Shown one piece after another: positions 62,009 to 64,000 of a stretch of 64,000 nt of DNA (the stretch's first letter is position 1; every line of letters starts with the position of its first letter). The DNA is from Vulcanimicrobiota bacterium. Its GTDB lineage: Bacteria > Vulcanimicrobiota > Vulcanimicrobiia > Vulcanimicrobiales > Vulcanimicrobiaceae. The notes beneath the pieces were generated by a model. The model made no database searches, had not been told where the DNA came from, and worked only from the letters and a program-made list of their open reading frames with translations. The stretch lies in NCBI GenBank assembly GCA_963820185.1, contig CAWFYV010000003.1, forward strand, positions 365,706 through 429,705, written 5' to 3'. Both the position numbers and the translations under genes were made by a program.

Positions 62009-64000
62009 CTAGTGCGTAGGCGTCGAGAGCCGGTCGAGATCCGCGCGCACCATCCGCTCGACAAGCTCCTCGAAGCTCACTTGGGGCTCCCAGCCCAACA
62101 CGCGCTTCGCCTTGGCCGGATCGCCGATCAAGAGATCGACTTCGGCCGGGCGTACGAAGCGTTCGTCGAGGACGACATACGGTTCATACGAGCCAAGCCC
62201 GGCCGATTCAAAGGCTATGCGTACGAAATCACGCACACTGTGCGTGCGGCCTGTAGCGATGACGTAATCATCGGCGGTATCTTGTTGCAACATCAACCAC
62301 ATCGCGCGCACGTAGTCGCCTGCAAATCCCCAATCGCGCTGCGCATCGAGATTGCCTAGGCGCAGTTCCTTCGCCAAGCCTAGCTTGATGCGCGCGACGC
62401 CGTCGGTGATTTTGCGCGTGACAAACTCCTTGCCTCGCCGAGGCGAGTTATGGATCACGAGCTCGCCGACTCCCGCGTGGAAGCGTTGCGATTCAGTAGT
62501 AATATCGTAGAGCCATCCATCAAAGTGCGGTTCCTCGACCACGCGTTTAACCTCGGCAAGATCCTTTCGCAGATGCGCACCCTTGCCACCGACGTTATTG
62601 GGCGAACGCAGATTCATCGAAAAGAACGGGCCCGGACGCTCTTGCGGTCCAACGTCGACGTTTAATGCGACTTCCTGCCGAAGAGCTTTGCGCGTCATCC
62701 ACCACAGCCCCATAGCGAGCGTCGGGGAGTTCGTTTTGAAGTTCTTGTAGCGGTGCGTAGCGTTGCCGGCCTTCAGGCCGTCCGTCGCATTGTAGCCCTC
62801 GAGAAACGCGCGCCACACAGCCTCATCGCCGTTGAGGATTATACGAGGTACACGCTTGTATCCGTCGCGCGTATAACACTCCTCTTGCAGCCATTCGAGG
62901 AATCGTGGGGCGCCGTTAAGAGCCAGCGCACCGACAACGGCACCTGCGCGAAAACCTGAGGTCGTCTTACTGTAGGTCGTGAACCCTAAGGTCTGGCGTT
63001 CCCAAACCTCGGTAAAGAATGTCCGTAGACGGGAATCAGCGTTGGTGAACTTCCCATCGACGTGGCCGCCACGCTGCCTAGACGCCGAGCCGTCTCCCAC
63101 GAATGCGCCGAGCATCCAAGCGAACTCGAGCCCAGGGTTGGTAAACGCGGGTGCTTCGGGCAACTCCGCGCGGCTTACGCGATCACCGGCCGTCACCTCT
63201 TTTGATGGGCACTCCCTGTCTTCCATGAACATCACGTGGTCGGCAGTAAGCGTCACGCTACCGCAGCGCGCCTCGACACGCCGGACACCTTTGTTTTCGA
63301 CGACGGGCCGATGGCGATACGCGGTTCCACCAAGAACCTTGACGAACCGCTCGCCGTCCCAAACTTGCACGTCTTCGATGTCGAATTGTTGGACGTTCGG
63401 TCCCTTCTCCCGCGCGTGCAAGAGGTCCCCAATCGGAAGTACATCGATCAGGTTGCCGCGTTTGACGATGATTGGTGTGCTGGCCGGAACAGACTCGTGA
63501 TTGAAAAGTATTCCACTCACCGCAAAAATGTCGTATGACTCGCGATAGTTGACGGTGATCCAATGGCCGTACACCTTGGCAACGCCGTATGGGCTACGCG
63601 GGTAGAACGGCGTGCTCTCACGCTGCGGTGTCTCGACGACCTTCCCAAACATCTCCGAACTCGACGCCTGGTAGAAGCGTATCGACGGATCGGCTGCGCG
63701 AACTGCCTCAAGCACGCGCGTGACGCCGAGCGCGGTGAATTCGCCGGTGAGCACGGGCTGCTGCCATGAGGTTGGCACGAATGACTGGGCGGCGAGGTTG
63801 TAGACTTCGTTCGGACGCACATCGCGCACAATTGAGGTTATCGAAGATTGATCGAGTAAGTCTCCCGAGACGAATTCGATCTCGTCGACGAGGTGCGCAA
63901 TGCGCTCGTGCACGTCGGTCGACGTGCGGCGCGTCATGCCGACGACGCGATAGCCCTGTTCGAGGAGCAACTCGGCGAGGTACGAGCCATCCTGGCCGGT
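62009..64000 (-). CDS. gmd: GDP-mannose 4,6-dehydratase, 5'-partial (start beyond window end), interrupted in frame by an intein
   Basis: TGQDGSYLAELLLEQGY at the window edge, YNLAAQSFV, YQASSSEMFG, SPYGVAKVY, ILFNHE[intein]SPRRGKEFVTRKIT, RDWGFAGDYV. Confidence 0.9.
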   Translation of the reverse strand, partial: TGQDGSYLAELLLEQGYRVVGMTRRTSTDVHERIAHLVDEIEFVSGDLLDQSSITSIVRDVRPNEVYNLAAQSFVPTSWQQPVLTGEFTALGVTRVLEAVRAADPSIRFYQASSSEMFGKVVETPQRESTPFYPRSPYGVAKVYGHWITVNYRESYDIFAVSGILFNHESVPASTPIIVKRGNLIDVLPIGDLLHAREKGPNVQQFDIEDVQVWDGERFVKVLGGTAYRHRPVVENKGVRRVEARCGSVTLTADHVMFMEDRECPSKEVTAGDRVSRAELPEAPAFTNPGLEFAWMLGAFVGDGSASRQRGGHVDGKFTNADSRLRTFFTEVWERQTLGFTTYSKTTSGFRAGAVVGALALNGAPRFLEWLQEECYTRDGYKRVPRIILNGDEAVWRAFLEGYNATDGLKAGNATHRYKNFKTNSPTLAMGLWWMTRKALRQEVALNVDVGPQERPGPFFSMNLRSPNNVGGKGAHLRKDLAEVKRVVEEPHFDGWLYDITTESQRFHAGVGELVIHNSPRRGKEFVTRKITDGVARIKLGLAKELRLGNLDAQRDWGFAGDYVRAMWLMLQQDTADDYVIATGRTHSVRDFVRIAFESAGLGSYEPYVVLDERFVRPAEVDLLIGDPAKAKRVLGWEPQVSFEELVERMVRADLDRLSTPTH
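62447..63493 (-). mobile_element. intein (349 aa) with LAGLIDADG homing-endonuclease domain inserted in gmd
   Basis: Ser1 (SVPASTPIIV, block A), block B GSVTLTADHVMF, LAGLIDADG motifs MLGAFVGDGS and FLEGYNATDG, blocks F/G WLYDITTESQRFHAGVGELVIHN, followed by +1 Ser. Removal restores the conserved NHESPRRG. Confidence 0.85.

Noticed and set aside
1-64000. Search for tRNA/rRNA genes, CRISPR arrays, IS elements, integrases, prophage or toxin-antitoxin/defence islands
   Set aside because: The intergenic regions I read by eye (4724-5023, 28506-28603, 29009-29846, 31602-31871, 32934-33025, 43085-43176, 49926-50157, 50434-50529, 54714-54933) show no cloverleaf-like or repeat-spacer structure. No ORF resembles a transposase, recombinase or known defence protein.

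Overview
High-GC bacterial chromosomal window. It is densely coding and almost entirely transcribed on the minus strand; I support only about six plus-strand genes. I found no rRNA, tRNA, CRISPR array, transposase or integrase. Housekeeping content includes recQ, secDF, rplM-rpsI, truA, lysS, greA, dus, coaX-coaBC-panC, lexA, sucCD, an acyl-CoA dehydrogenase/thiolase pair, an RND efflux pair, a CDF transporter and gmd-rmd.

The most interesting region is a 16-kb co-directional operon (about 21371 down to 5024) encoding a flagellar-type type III export apparatus. It keeps the gene order of the Firmicutes fla/che operon but lacks fliG, fliJ, flgD, fliL, fliO, flhF and all motor, filament and chemotaxis genes within the window. 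It has a FliF carrying a FliG-N-like tail, an N-terminally truncated FliI and a mini FliH. It also contains non-flagellar inserts: a lytic transglycosylase, a secreted tandem retropepsin-like protease, metF plus an O-methyltransferase between fliP and fliQ, and a GT-C membrane glycosyltransferase-like gene directly after flhA.

Other notable items:
- A 349-aa LAGLIDADG intein splits GDP-mannose 4,6-dehydratase at its NHESPRRG motif.
- A lexA / yneA-like LysM SOS module has three GAAC-N4-GTTC boxes.
- A tightly coupled operon combines an aminotransferase, an SRPBCC protein, an Aar-like reductase and a permease.
- There is a small SmtA-like Cys/His protein.
- A short REP-like palindromic repeat family occurs three times at gene 3' ends.
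- At least six single-nucleotide frame disruptions hit conserved genes (secF, a TonB-dependent-receptor-like gene three times, the Aar-like gene, rmd), and there is a decayed ORF between marR and truA. These could be real decay or assembly indels.

The ORF track uses ATG/GTG/TTG and the longest extension, so I trimmed many starts. Ten checked junctions are 4-nt ATGA/GTGA/TTGA start/stop overlaps. Taxon cannot be fixed from the window. Cheo-type LexA boxes and fla/che synteny together with outer-membrane-type proteins suggest a diderm Terrabacteria-like lineage; this is inference only.
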